Positions 11,373-23,535 of a DNA stretch of 64,000 bases are shown here, piece by piece. Source of the DNA: Octopus sinensis (lineage: Eukaryota); the NCBI RefSeq assembly GCF_006345805.1, contig NC_043006.1:53692001-53756000 (forward strand). Direction: 5' to 3'. Both the position numbers and the translations under genes were made by a program. Within the stretch, counting starts at the first letter, position 1. Each line of letters starts with the position of its first letter. The notes under the pieces were generated by a model. It did not search any database, was not told the DNA's origin, and was given only the letters and a program-made list of their open reading frames with translations.

Positions 11373-11885
11373 TCATTGAGTATTTACAAGTCCTTCTTTT
11401 CCTAAATACGGTCCCCAGTATAGCTGCCGTGAAAATGATATGACTAGCTTTTCTGTCAAAATTCCACCAATGTACCACATAGGTGCATATTCCATAGTAA
11501 TTAGACCCATGATGTTTCCTTTAAACATGGAATAATCCCAAGGACAGGCATCAAAGAGTCTCAGTATGAAACCTGTGCTAAATTCCCAAAGGAAAATCCA
11601 TAGTACATACACAAGTCCTCGAAGTAATAATGATATTTTAAAACGTAGTGTGAAATAGAGGCGTTCTAGAACTAGCATACAAATACCATAAATGAAAAGA
11701 CACCAAATACTGGTGATTCCATGGAGTTTGTTATTTTTGTGGTAAACGACATCCCAAATTGCCGTGTATGTTACTTCCGCCACATATCCGTGAATAGCAT
11801 AGATGTAAAAACGTTGTGAAAATGACAGTGGTATCAAATTAGGTTTTCCAGCAATTGGTGGTCTCTTTAAGTCTTCTTTCACACG
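11373..11885 (-). CDS. TMEM229B: TMEM229B-like transmembrane protein, terminal coding exon
   Basis: Uninterrupted ORF with family motifs YAIHGY, TSIW..FIYG, ERLY, WEFSTGFILR, ACPWDYS, MGLIT.EYA; strong polypyrimidine tract plus AG acceptor at 11886-87 (phase 0); TGA at 11373-75. Confidence 0.92.
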   Translation of the reverse strand, partial: RVKEDLKRPPIAGKPNLIPLSFSQRFYIYAIHGYVAEVTYTAIWDVVYHKNNKLHGITSIWCLFIYGICMLVLERLYFTLRFKISLLLRGLVYVLWIFLWEFSTGFILRLFDACPWDYSMFKGNIMGLITMEYAPMWYIGGILTEKLVISFSRQLYWGPYLGKEGLVNTQ

Positions 11886-12398
11886 CTTAAATGTAAAAAA
11901 AGAAAGAGAAAAAAAAACAGTTTGTTACTAATTTATATGAAAGTAATTTCAAAATTTCAAATTTTGTTTCCAAATGAAAAAATAATGGTCAAGCGATCAA
12001 CAGCAAAACAAATGTCACGGTGGATGGTGGTTGTATGCTTAATCAGCACAGTAGATAATTAAGAAGCACATTCCAAGTTTGATAAGCAATGCTTCAATCA
12101 TTTTTTAATGCAATAATAGTATTTTAACAATTCTGAACATTTTGTAACGGTGGCATCCGAGTTGCAGTAAAGATGGCTATGTCACATTGAGGAGACGCTT
12201 GAAATATCAATGCGGTGGGGGTCTTGCTTACGTTATGCTGTGTGTTAGAAAGCTTCGCTCAAACGAAAATATCCAATCAATTAATAGCAGAAAATTAACT
12301 CAATTTACAGGTGTTTAATACATACATACATACATACATATATATATATAAAACTGATGATGTGTGTGCGTGTGTGTGTGCGTGCGTGTGTGTGTGTG

Positions 12399-12436
<38 letters not shown>

Positions 12437-13182
12437 TGTGTGTGTGTATAAACCTGCAGAACATCTGAACTTTGCAACTGATTTTTATCCAAACTGGGAA
12501 CATACATTACTTATGTTCCATAGATGGTTTTAGGTTCTTAAAATTTTTCACATAGTGAGTAATGGGACTCCTGGGGCAGAACCCCCCCCCCCCACCTTTT
12601 TTTTTTCTAGAATACGTACGACTGCCTGCATGGTCCACGCATTGCTTCTGTTCAAACTTTAAAAAACAGCTACTGAAATGATATAAGTAGGTTGTATTAA
12701 ATAGATAAACCTATGTAAACTTCAGACCGCGTTGCCTTAGTGGTAGCAATGATAGCCTGTTTCCGCAGTACCATAGGTATCAATTTGTTGGAATAAAAGC
12801 CGTTTAGAACGCACTATGTTTATTATGAAAAATATGTTAAAATGTGTCAAATCTTGAGCAACAATTCAACTATTTTCTTTTAGCTTCAATATCAAAGTCT
12901 TCCTTCTAAGCATAGACGAAGTCCATATAAATATTTTCCAGCTATTGATTACAAACCGAAATATCGCATGTACATTAACCTACTAATTTATAGTGCCTAA
13001 GACCCAACCACGTTAGTTAGAGAACGTGTCCTTAATGTGAACTTGCCTACACCGACGCTGCATGCAGAATTGTTTACGTTTGGAGCTGAGTTGTTTATGC
13101 GAAGAGGTGCACGGTTGAGCGACGACTATTGATTCCAAACCGAAATATCGCATGATAGTGTTGCTTTCAATCGCTTCCTTTT

Positions 13183-14384
13183 TTGGTGAACCGCGCTAAT
13201 AGCGTCTCTACTCTCCAATAACAATGGGACATGGAAAAGGCCTTAATGACGAAGAAAAGTCTGTCGTCATCAAAGAACGTGCTAAAGGTACCTCTCTTCA
13301 TGTCATTGCGGAGAAGTTAGGTGGTCATGTAGACACGGTGAGACGATTCCTGAAGCACCCTTCGTCAAAGAAGAAACGATCCGATTGTGAAAGCTAGGGA
13401 TTTAAGGAACATTGGCCGCAAGTTACGTGGGAAACCTGGACAAACAAACAAAGCCGTTTTCACTACCTCTGGACTTCCTGATGTACCAAAAACCACCAGA
13501 AATCGCATCCTTGGGACTATGGTTTCCGTGCGAGAACCCCTGAAACTGCCTCCTTTAACGCCCAGTTACATGAGTTTGAGGCTTCAATGGGCCCAAATTA
13601 CATGACGTTAGACATGGGTTGTGTTCTGTTCACTGACGAAACCAGGGCGACCCTTGACGCACCTGACGGTTGGACAAATGGTCGGATCTATTTTGGAAAT
13701 GAACGTCACCAATATTTATGATATCAACAACAGGGTGGAGGAGTTATGTTGTGGGCTGGTATAATTGTGGACAGACTTGTTGGCCCAGTCAGAGTGCCTG
13801 AAGTGGGTAAAGTATCCGCAGCCGCTTACTGTAATATATCCTGAAGGAGGTCTTGTATCCCTGGCTAGATGACATACCGCTGTCACTTCTAAGGAATCTC
13901 GTATTTATGTATGACAATGCTCTCTCCTACTCTGTTAAGACCACCCAAACATTACTAGGATCTTACGGCATACAAGGTGAAAGGTTAATGTGTGGCCACC
14001 AGCATCTCCGGATCTCAACCCTATCGAAAATTTTTGGTCTATCATTAAACAAGATGTTTATGTTGATGGATACCAATTTACGTTGAAAGATGTCTTTAGT
14101 CGAAAAATGTCTTAAGTTGAAAGATGACCATCAAAGCTACAGTAGAGGCATTCGAGCCTGCTATTATTAAGAAATTGACAGATTCTATGACTAATAGTAT
14201 TTTTGAAGTTATCCGTCGAAATGGAGCTCATGTGGCTAAATAATTCATTATGTCAATAAATATTATAATATTATTATGGTTTTCTGTTAAATATGTACTC
14301 ACTGTATGCTTAATATGTATCATTTTCTCAAAAAATGTCTAGATGGGCTATTTTCATTCAAAAGCTATTAGCGTGGTTCACCAA
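13183..14384 (+). mobile_element. Tc1-family DD37E (TRT-like) transposon with decayed transposase at 13224-14243
   Basis: N-terminal HTH (MGHGKGLNDEEK..IAEKLG), FTDE (D at 13635), MYDNA (D at 13913), WPPASPDLNPIEN (E at 14026); frameshifts and stops; 21-bp inverted repeat at 13183-13203/14364-14384. Confidence 0.9.
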
Positions 14385-15236
14385 TAAACTGAAGAATCTG
14401 ATATAAAAAAATAAAGGACGTTACACAGAATAATGAAACAACAATGTGTGTATGTGTATATAAATATATGATTTATGATTTACTGATTTACTGAAAGTAC
14501 ATACATACATATATGTGTGTGTTTCTTCTGGCTTCATTCCCCTCTCTCCTATTTCTTAGTCCCTCTTCAACTCTTTCCCTCTCCTACCATGCGCTCACAG
14601 TCCGGCTAAGGCAGTGTCGTCCTTTTTTGACCAGCCGCCTTTCAGGCTGGTCGCGTTCGTCTGTACTCCCACCCGGCCTTTTGTTTTCAAGATTTTCCAT
14701 TTTTCCTTTGCGCCAGCCTTCAACGTTCGTCTGATAATCGAAAGATTCGTTTTGCTATTTATTTATGTTGTAATTGTACAATTATTTTTCTTTTGTCGTA
14801 TAGTCGAAAGGCGTTTGTCCATTGTATATGTACAATTCTTTTCCTGTTGCACTTGCATTATTATTTCATAACGTTACGTTCGTCCGATAGCCGAAAGACC
14901 CTTTCGATTATTTATTTATTTGTATTCAGAAATGTACAATTGTTTTCCTTCCGTAGTATAGCCGAAAGCCGTTCTGTTGTACGTATATAATTCTAGCTTT
15001 TTTGTTTTTGTTTCCGTTCTTGCTCTCGCTCTTGTACACATGCGTTTGCCTTTCCAAGGGGCTTAATGCTTTTAGCTTAAATCCTTGGCACTTGTCGGAT
15101 TCGAGCAGTCTCGGGGATAATGAATACGGAAGTGCAAGGACATTCCGGACACTGAGGAAATCGGCTGCGAATGATGCGTGTATCTTGTTTTTGTCCTGTT
15201 TGCCGTTTGTTATATTAACGTCTATTTTTCCGCATG

Positions 15237-15395
15237 CTGCCTTTAGTCGAACAAATCGACCCCCGGACTTATTCTTTGTAAGCCTAGTACTTGTTCTATC
15301 GGTCAGTTTTGCCTAACCGCTAAGTTACAGGGACCTAAACACACCAACATCGGTTGTCAAGCGATGGTGAAGGAACAACCGACACACACAAATAC
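15237..15395 (-). mobile_element. SINE family B 3'-half fragment
   Basis: Reverse complement of the 3' half of 9561-9952. Confidence 0.85.
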
Positions 15396-15404
15396 ATATA
15401 TACA

Positions 15405-15480
<76 letters not shown>

Positions 15481-15928
15481 GACGGACTTTTACAGTTTTC
15501 GTCTACCAAATCCTATATATATATAAACATAAAAATGTAACGTTAATTGTATGTGCCATTGGCCAGTTGGATAATCGCATTACTGGATAACCAGCAGTTT
15601 CTAGTTCGGGACTAGATTGGAAATCAAACCAATTGAATCCATATACGAAATTTAATTTAAAAAATAAAACTTACTCTGTTTTTCCTGACAATTTTGTGCA
15701 TCCAACTAGGTCTCCACTTGCCCAGCCAACCATGCAGAGACTCCCAAATCCATTCATTTTGTCATCCACGCATATCGTGAAGACAAGATGTGTTGATTTG
15801 CGGATCCCGTCAGCTTATTAATCCACACATCCATCTTGCCTCCAATCCACTCATCTGTCTACTTGTCCATCCAATCAACCATCCATTTATCTACACATTG
15901 ATTCTTCCATTATAACTGTACATTTATA

Positions 15929-16151
15929 TACGAGGAAGTGTTAAAAAAATTCCTGGCTTTAAGGGTATCGCGAAACGCCTGGTTGGAGGCCCAACCTTCC
16001 AAGTTCTTTCACAGGGCTTAGAAAAACTGAAGGATTGCTGCAATAAGTGTATGAATCTGAGAGGAGAATATGCTAAATAAAAATCATAATTATTTGATCC
16101 TTTAGTATTTTCTTTTACTCAAAGCCAAGAACTTTTCAGCACCCCGTCCTA
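15929..16151 (+). mobile_element. Mariner-derived MITE, about 220 bp
   Basis: Imperfect TIRs TACGAGGAAGTGTTAAAAAAATTCCTGGCTTT / AAAGCCAAGAACTTTTCAGCACCCC; internal remnant of the transposase C-terminus; second copy at 52061-52273. Confidence 0.8.
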
Positions 16152-17098
16152 TTTATAACCGACATGTATTAATGCCACCATCCAGCCATTCATCCAGCCA
16201 GCCTGTCAGTCAGCCAAACCTACCGTGATTTCCAAGTCAGTTTTCATGAACGTGACATTACGTTTTAACGTGTATTCGTAGAAATCTTCGTTTTCAAAAC
16301 AGCTGGAAATCATACAAGGGCAATATGACTGATGTTTCTAGTAGACTGGTTGAACTGACACGAATTGACATGCTATTAAGAAAGAGGGACAAGCTTATTG
16401 TTTAGAGATAAAAGGATGACCGTGAATGCCTGTTTCTACCTCAACAGGTGCCATCAGCACGACAATTGTCCAACCTTATCTCCGCTCATATGTTCACAGC
16501 TGTCCTCTTATCTTCAAACAATACATCTGTCCTTTTTATTAATATTATATCAGCTTTGATTTATCCTTGACTCTTTAGATTATCTCCCCTTCCCTTGTGG
16601 AGCTAATTTTAATTGCCATTCGGCAATTATTGCACATCCTCTAATGATTGAGATAATTTTAATAAATCAAGAATTTATGTTGCATCGTATTTGATCGTAT
16701 TATGTTGCATCGTATTTTATACCTGCATTTGCCTATGTTGTTGAAACATATACAACTAGCAACTCTGAGTTACTTCTCTTTGCTTATTTTTGTTTATGCA
16801 TATATCTATGTGTGTACGTGTATATATGTGTGACTATGTTTGTATATATGAATGTATGTGCGTACGTACATACATACACACGTGTATGTGTAAACGCTGC
16901 GAGATGGAAGAATCGTTAACACGCCGGGGCAAAATGTTTAGCGATGTTTTGTGAGCTCTCTCGCCAGTCTATGACTGACTCTCGGGTGTTTTAACATCCG
17001 GCGCTTTGAGAGACTCATCTCCAACGCCTCAAATCGTAGCCCAACGATGAACATTGTGTATGTTTGTTTTTGTTCGATATTGTTTACAACGCTATATA

Positions 17099-17136
<38 letters not shown>

Positions 17137-17164
17137 ATATATATATATCTATATATATATTATA

Positions 17165-17196
<32 letters not shown>

Positions 17197-17444
17197 TCAG
17201 TGTAGGAAGACTTTGCAGCCTTTGAAACATATGTAGAAAATAATAAAAAGGAATTTTGTTAAATCTTCGTTCAGCTCCATTTCTTCCTACACTGAATATA
17301 TAAAACTTCAATTTCCGCACTAAGGCACGGGTTTGAGACCCCATGGTCGTAACCTCAACCGTGATTTTTCTGTTGTGATTTTTGCTACCCAGGTATCGGT
17401 TATCATTTGAATAATCCGTAACAAGATAATTCATTTATCCATTT

Positions 17445-17496
<52 letters not shown>

Positions 17497-17533
17497 ACAT
17501 ACACGCGCGCGCACGCACACACGCGCGCATATG

Positions 17534-18006
17534 TACAAGGTGCGTTCAAAAGTATCCGATTATATTTTCTTCTCGCCAAAACTAACGCCGCATGGCCAAA
17601 ATCCTTTGGGTGAGAGGTGATGCCACTCCTTCTGCGTATGCGTAAAAATTTGGGCACCAGCAGGCTACGTCTGTTCTCAGCTGTTTCGTCAAGAGTATAG
17701 ACGTGTAGTGCGCGCTTGTCGGATTTTTGTTTCCACGCAAATGACCGAACGCATCGAGCAGAGAGCATAAAACCATGTCTCATCCCTAGTGATGATGGTC
17801 TTCAAGAAGACTGGGTTGTGGTTGGAAGAGTCCAGCATGTCCTGAGTGATTTTCATGCGGAGTTGCTTCTCCTGATTTACCTTGATAAATTTCGCCATCA
17901 CACTCCGCATGTACAAATCTCTTGTTAAAATGGAATACACTGATCCTGTTGTGATTCCCATTTCGTGAGCAATTTCCTGGATTGTTACACGACGGTTTTT
18001 CCTGAC
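17534..18006. mobile_element. Rearranged mariner fragment: + strand TIR, 5' UTR and MTERIEQR joined to a minus-strand transposase piece
   Basis: TIR TACAAGGTGCGTTCAAAAGTATCCG; ATG at 17741; minus strand RRVTIQEIAHEMGIT..AKF..FLKTIITRDETWFY; junction at about 17765. Confidence 0.85.
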
Positions 18007-18459
18007 TATTCAGTTCACTGCAATGAATTGAATGCATTTCTACTGTAAACATCACTTTTTTCCTCATGAAGGAGACGTTCTCTGAAAATTAATTTTAAGA
18101 TGAATTTTTTACTCGGAGGATTGAATCCCTGAAACGGCCGTAGGAATTTTTTCTTTTAATATGTAACCAAAAATATTTTTGACGCCTATTATTTTCTCTA
18201 CGTTATATATTTTTCTTTAAAAAAAAACGCTTTTATTTACAATTCTATACTTCATTATATTATTACTAAGTTTGTATATTCATATATCTATATGTCCATA
18301 TATAATTTGAATATTCAAATTTTTCTATGCTTTTATATTTCTATATGTATTTCTAATATATCAATACATGTTTTTTTTGGACACTTTTTATCTTAATTAA
18401 ATCCGTATACATATGTGCTCATTATGGTTTACCTGATTTGAACTTTCTCCATTTCATTT

Positions 18460-18584
18460 ATATATGATGATTTCTTTTGATGAAACAGTTCTAGTCCTGT
18501 AGAAGCTCCTTCTATATAATAAATTAATTTACTCTGCTAGTATTGAGTACCTTATTTACTGTGGTTCCCCGACTAACCCGGACC

Positions 18585-18590
<6 letters not shown>
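18460..18590 (+). mobile_element. Penelope-type pseudo-LTR fragment (same family as 24301-24478) with a truncated hammerhead
   Basis: GAAACAGTTCTAGTCCTGTAGAAGC..GACCTAC is near-identical to the reverse complement of 24301-24414; bordered by (TA)n. Confidence 0.7.
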
Positions 18591-18655
<65 letters not shown>

Positions 18656-18960
18656 ATATGTATGTATATACAACATTTAAATAATGAGGGAGATAAATTT
18701 AATATTAATTTATTAATATCAATTTAAAACCAGTAGCCTAGCATACAAAAATCTGAAAAATCAGAGAAAATTCTAATACATGTGTATATTTAAAGGGCAG
18801 AACCACTAGGTGGTCAGCCGTATGTATGTATGTATATATATAGTATATATATATAGTTATCCGTAATAATGAAGGGTGAAATTAATTAATTGGAAAAATT
18901 ATCAATTACACCAAGTATCTTCGGCATGTAAAAGCCTCATTCGAGGAAAATTTAGTAATA

Positions 18961-19072
18961 CTAAGCAATAAGGGTTTAGCAACGAGTTGCCTTACCACAT
19001 ACCGAATTTAGAATTCTATTTCTAAATTCGGTATGTGGTAAGGCAACTCGTTGCTAAACCCTTATTGCTTAG
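18961..19072. repeat. Perfect 53-bp inverted repeat with a 6-nt loop
   Basis: 18961-19013 is the exact reverse complement of 19020-19072. Confidence 0.95.
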
Positions 19073-20535
19073 ATTATTGTTTATATATATCTATATATAT
19101 GTATGTATATATATATAGTGTATGTATGTATATATATATTGTGTGTGTTGTGTATATATATAATATTATATATATATATATATATAGTGTGTGTGTGTGT
19201 GTGTGTGTGTGGTTGTGTGTGGTGTGTGTGTGTGGTGTGTGTGTGTAGGTATATATATATATTATATTAAGTATAAGGAAAGAGGAAAAATAGAAGTGTA
19301 GACTATCCAATAGAAACTCTACAAGTTGTTTCAAAACAAAACGAAATATAATCCTTTTGAAATCACAAATTAGGCTTTTCATCAGGAATTAATTGTTGGA
19401 ATGAATGGTTTCTACCAACAAAAATATAAAGACCTTTACAATGGCCCAGAAAGGAGCAAACAATTACATCATGATAGAAAGAAATTAACCGAACGTCCGA
19501 GCGATCAAAAGAAAAATATATAAATCCACTTCAGCGTTGGTTCAAATGACAATTCACAATATATAAATACTTGTTAACGACATTTGCAATTACAAAAAAG
19601 AAAATAGACAATCAACCTACAGATAAGTTAATGGAAAAAATAAAATATTAACTACTAAGAACTAATCAAAAAATTAAAAAATTTTAAACCAATATATAAT
19701 CCACTAAAACGTTGTCAAAACAATAATTCAAAGTTAATAAATATGATTTCAAATGAAATGAAAAGAAATTCTTTTATTTTCAAATATCTTCAATGTCTTC
19801 CTTCAAGTAAAACAGAGTAGCTTCCCTTCCATATAAATAAATAAATAAATACATCAAAACGAGTGAAAGATAATTGCAGGAAAAATTCCTTCCATCTCAA
19901 AATATCAGATAAACTTAAATTAAACCGTTTAAAATTTAAAATGCGAAATTTTAAATTTTAAATCTAAAACAAAATATAAACCTATTTTAAAAATAATCAT
20001 AATATAAATTAAAATAAAAACTTAAATCACATTACAAATTAAACCAATCTAAGAAATAAATACATACATACATACATACATACATACATAAACATATAAA
20101 AAGGAATACAAAAAATGGGACAAGAACGCAAAATATCCAGACAGCTATGTGATAGAAAAAAGGGACAACAGACCATCCAGACAGATGATACAAAAAAGGG
20201 ACAAGAAAAACACGGACGGGTCATTCGTAGTTTTCTTTCCTCAGTCGAGTTCCAGATTATCTTTGCAATTTCGGCTGGTTACACTCGTGATTGCTCCAAT
20301 CTGGGCAGCCCCAAGAAAAATTAAGCTAAGAGCATTGGATTCCTAGGAAGAAACCAGCGAATGTTTGTCTGTGTCTAAAATGCATGTTAGCTGTTCCTTT
20401 CCTTTGCATGACAATCCTAACTTTTCGAATTTGTCACTTAAGCAGTTGTAACAATCAACTGAACCAATAATTATTGGAATAAAAGGAAATATAATCTGGA
20501 TAAAGAAGCAGGAAGTTTCAAGGCGTTTTTTAATT

Positions 20536-20605
<70 letters not shown>

Positions 20606-20611
20606 GTATAA

Positions 20612-20972
20612 TTGAGTGAGAGAGCAGTGCATGCCGTCAAAGTGACACTGGGGTAAATTATACGAAGTCCAGTATACCCATCATGACTACCCGTCTGATA
20701 AGGGTACACCAGGCACATGCATCACAACCATATGTGCGTGACCTCATATCAAGATAAACAGCGCATGACCTTGCAGATGGGGTTCAGTTAGAATTTTCTT
20801 CTGGTCGAGCAACCCATCTTGCTCAAAAGGTCCCTGAAAAAGGGTTGTTTAAGGATGTTGAATGAAACACTCATGTTTCCAGAGGGGAATTATTCAAACC
20901 CCAAAGAATCCCTCTCAACACATGGCTATGATGCTCCCTCACTACTTCTGCTCGTGATCAGAGATGCACATA
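20612..20972 (-). mobile_element. Non-coding (TAA)n-tailed retroelement, 5'-truncated copy
   Basis: Colinear with 37662-38210 with the same 3' end; (TTA)n on both flanks. Confidence 0.8.
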
Positions 20973-20990
20973 TTATTATTATTATTATTA

Positions 20991-21023
<33 letters not shown>

Positions 21024-21339
21024 CCTCACCAAATTGGGGCAGTTGACATCTTTGATTGTACATAGCTTTTCTTTTCAAACCAAGTCAACTGTATCACGCT
21101 TGTTATATTTGTCAGAATGTTTTATGAGAATATTCCACCATTATTCCTTGCGTTTATACGCATGCATGTATTCAGTACTGGAGTAACTGTCTACACTTAT
21201 CTGGGGGTAGTATCTCCTACAGGTGGCATTGTAAACTGTTTTCGCAAAAATATCATGCCACTATTAATGTCAAAATTTGGTGACATTTTGTGGAGAACCG
21301 CAGATTACGTGTAATTTCTTTTCTACTCTAGGCACAAAG

Positions 21340-21897
21340 CCCGAAATTTGGGGGGAGGGGGCCAGTCGAATAGATCGACCCAGTACGCAACTGGTACTTA
21401 ATTTATCGACTCCGAAAGGATGAAAGGCAAAGTCGACCTCGGCGGAATTTGAACTCAGTACGTAAAGACAAACGAAATACCTATTTCTTTTCTACCCACA
21501 AGGGGCTAAACACAGAGTGGACAAACAAGGACAGACAAATGGATTAAGTCGATTATATCGACCCCAGTGCGTAACTGGTGCTTATTTAATCGACCCCGAA
21601 AGGATGAAAGGCAAAGTCAACCTCGATGGAATTTGAACTCAGAACGTAACGGCAGACGAAATACCTATTTCTTTATTACTCACAAGGGGCTAAACAGAGA
21701 GTGGACAAACAAGACAGACAAACGGATTAAGTCGATTACATCGACCCCAGTGTGTAACTAGTACTTAATTTATCGACCCTGAAAGGATGAAAGGCAAAGT
21801 CGACCTCGGCGGAATTTGAACTCAGAACGTAACAGCGGACGAAATATCGCTAAGCATTTCGCCCGGCATGCTAACGTTTCTGTCAGCTCGCCGCCTT
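21340..21897 (-). mobile_element. SINE family A trimer (head + [body+tail 1]x2 + body+tail 3)
   Basis: Three body modules with about 180-bp period; single head at about 21850-21897. Confidence 0.92.
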
Positions 21898-22106
21898 TAC
21901 ATGTTCTAACATAGATATGTAACAAAATCGACAGTTTCGGTTGCATGTTGGAAATTTAAAGGTTTTACTGTCTCTTGTTTGTTATATGTTTCGTAACTTG
22001 TTTCATACTCTTGGATTAAAAAAAAAATTTCCAGCTGTGACCTGCTATAACGGTATGGAGTCCAACAGAGGCTACACATTATTTTAATATTATCATCCTT
22101 CTTTAA

Positions 22107-22305
22107 GTCGGCGATGTGACAGAATCATTAACACGTCGGGCAAAATGCTTAGTCTTTACATTCTGGGTTCAAATTCCGCCATGTTTACTTTTGCCTTTCT
22201 CCCTTTCGGGGTCGATAAAATAAGTACCAGTTGAGCACTGGGGTAAATATAACGTACTTAATCCCTCACGCAAAACCTGCTGCCCTTGTACCAAAATTTG
22301 AAACC
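22107..22305 (+). mobile_element. SINE family A monomer with a 17-bp target-site duplication
   Basis: AATATTATCATC(C/T)TTCT at 22086-22102 and 22306-22322. Confidence 0.9.
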
Positions 22306-23535
22306 AATATTATCATCTTTCTCAAATTTACGGCAAAAATACTCACGCAAAGCCTTTTTTTTTTTTTTTTTGTCGAGTGCAGTGTTTCAATTCCGTTTTA
22401 GTTGAGGTGTTATTTACTTATTTAAGCCATTCGCTCTCTATGAAGCATAGGCTACCGACGATTTACTCCACCTTTCTCAACTAAAAGTTGTCTTTTCTCC
22501 CTGCTTTTCCACCTCTGCCTCTTTTCAGAATTTGCTTCACCACATCATACGTTTCCCTGATGGAAGGCCTTCCCCTCCCAGTTTTTGTTGGTTTTGAATT
22601 GACATCGAAGCATCAGTAACTTTTTTTGTCTTTCTTTTTTGTTTTTGTTTTTTAATTCTGGGTAGATGTGTTGGCCGTAAGCAAACCTATTTTTACGCCT
22701 GAGTAATATGGTGGTCCATATTAGTCTGGCCTCTATCCTTTGACCTGTCCTGCATGAAAAGCTGGACAGGTCAAATGATAGAGGTAGTATGCTGACTTGA
22801 CCCTGCGAGCAATGCCAGCTGGACCTTGTTAAGGTATACTGTTTCTAAATTCTTATGCGAACCCAGAACTGCAGCATTAGCATGCATCAAATAAGACAGA
22901 TTTGTAATGATCTTGTACAATGTAAGCTTCGATCACCATATTTTTTTAGTCTCATTTCATATCTTTTTGGTCACTCTATCTTTGTTCACAACACTTTTAT
23001 GCGATATATTTTTCATCAATGTCTATGTACGATGCGTGGAACACGGAAGACAGAGAAACCATTCATGTAAAGATTCGGAAAAGTTTGGGGTTTTTTTTTT
23101 TTCTGTGTTCAACAATAAAACCTGAACATTTGTTTCGACCGAATTCCATCCTTAAAATCTGCTGAAAATGCTGCGACTAAATACAGCTGTTGCTAAACAT
23201 CATAAATATTTTACGACGTGTCTTTAGAACGTCTAACAAAGAAAGTACAGGTTATATTAGCGTCTCTTGCTCTCGTAGACTCTAACACATAAGCAATCGA
23301 TTTTCATATTGAAAAAATATAACGTTGGATTTGGGGCCAAAATAAGCAGGAGTAGAGGCGTGTGTGTGTGTGTTTTCTTACTCCAGGCAGCACATCGTCA
23401 TTTATCAGTAGTTGTTCGGCACAGCTCCACACTCCGTTCTTTCCATCTGCTGCCACTTGCTCAACAGTCACTATATCGTTGAATTCGTTGAGACAGCTTA
23501 TTACAGTTTGTTCATGATATATGTATGCGTGTAAC

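Noticed and set aside
21340-21897. Regularly spaced repeats resembling a CRISPR array
   Set aside because: Units are about 180-bp SINE modules with no unique spacers; eukaryotic context and no cas genes
23385-23520. Minus-strand open frame ISCLNEFND..DDVLPG ending at a phase-0 GTAAGA donor, as an alternative upstream TMEM229B exon
   Set aside because: No in-frame ATG and no polypyrimidine acceptor; the nearby ATGs are in other phases or hit stops. Not excluded as a UTR exon
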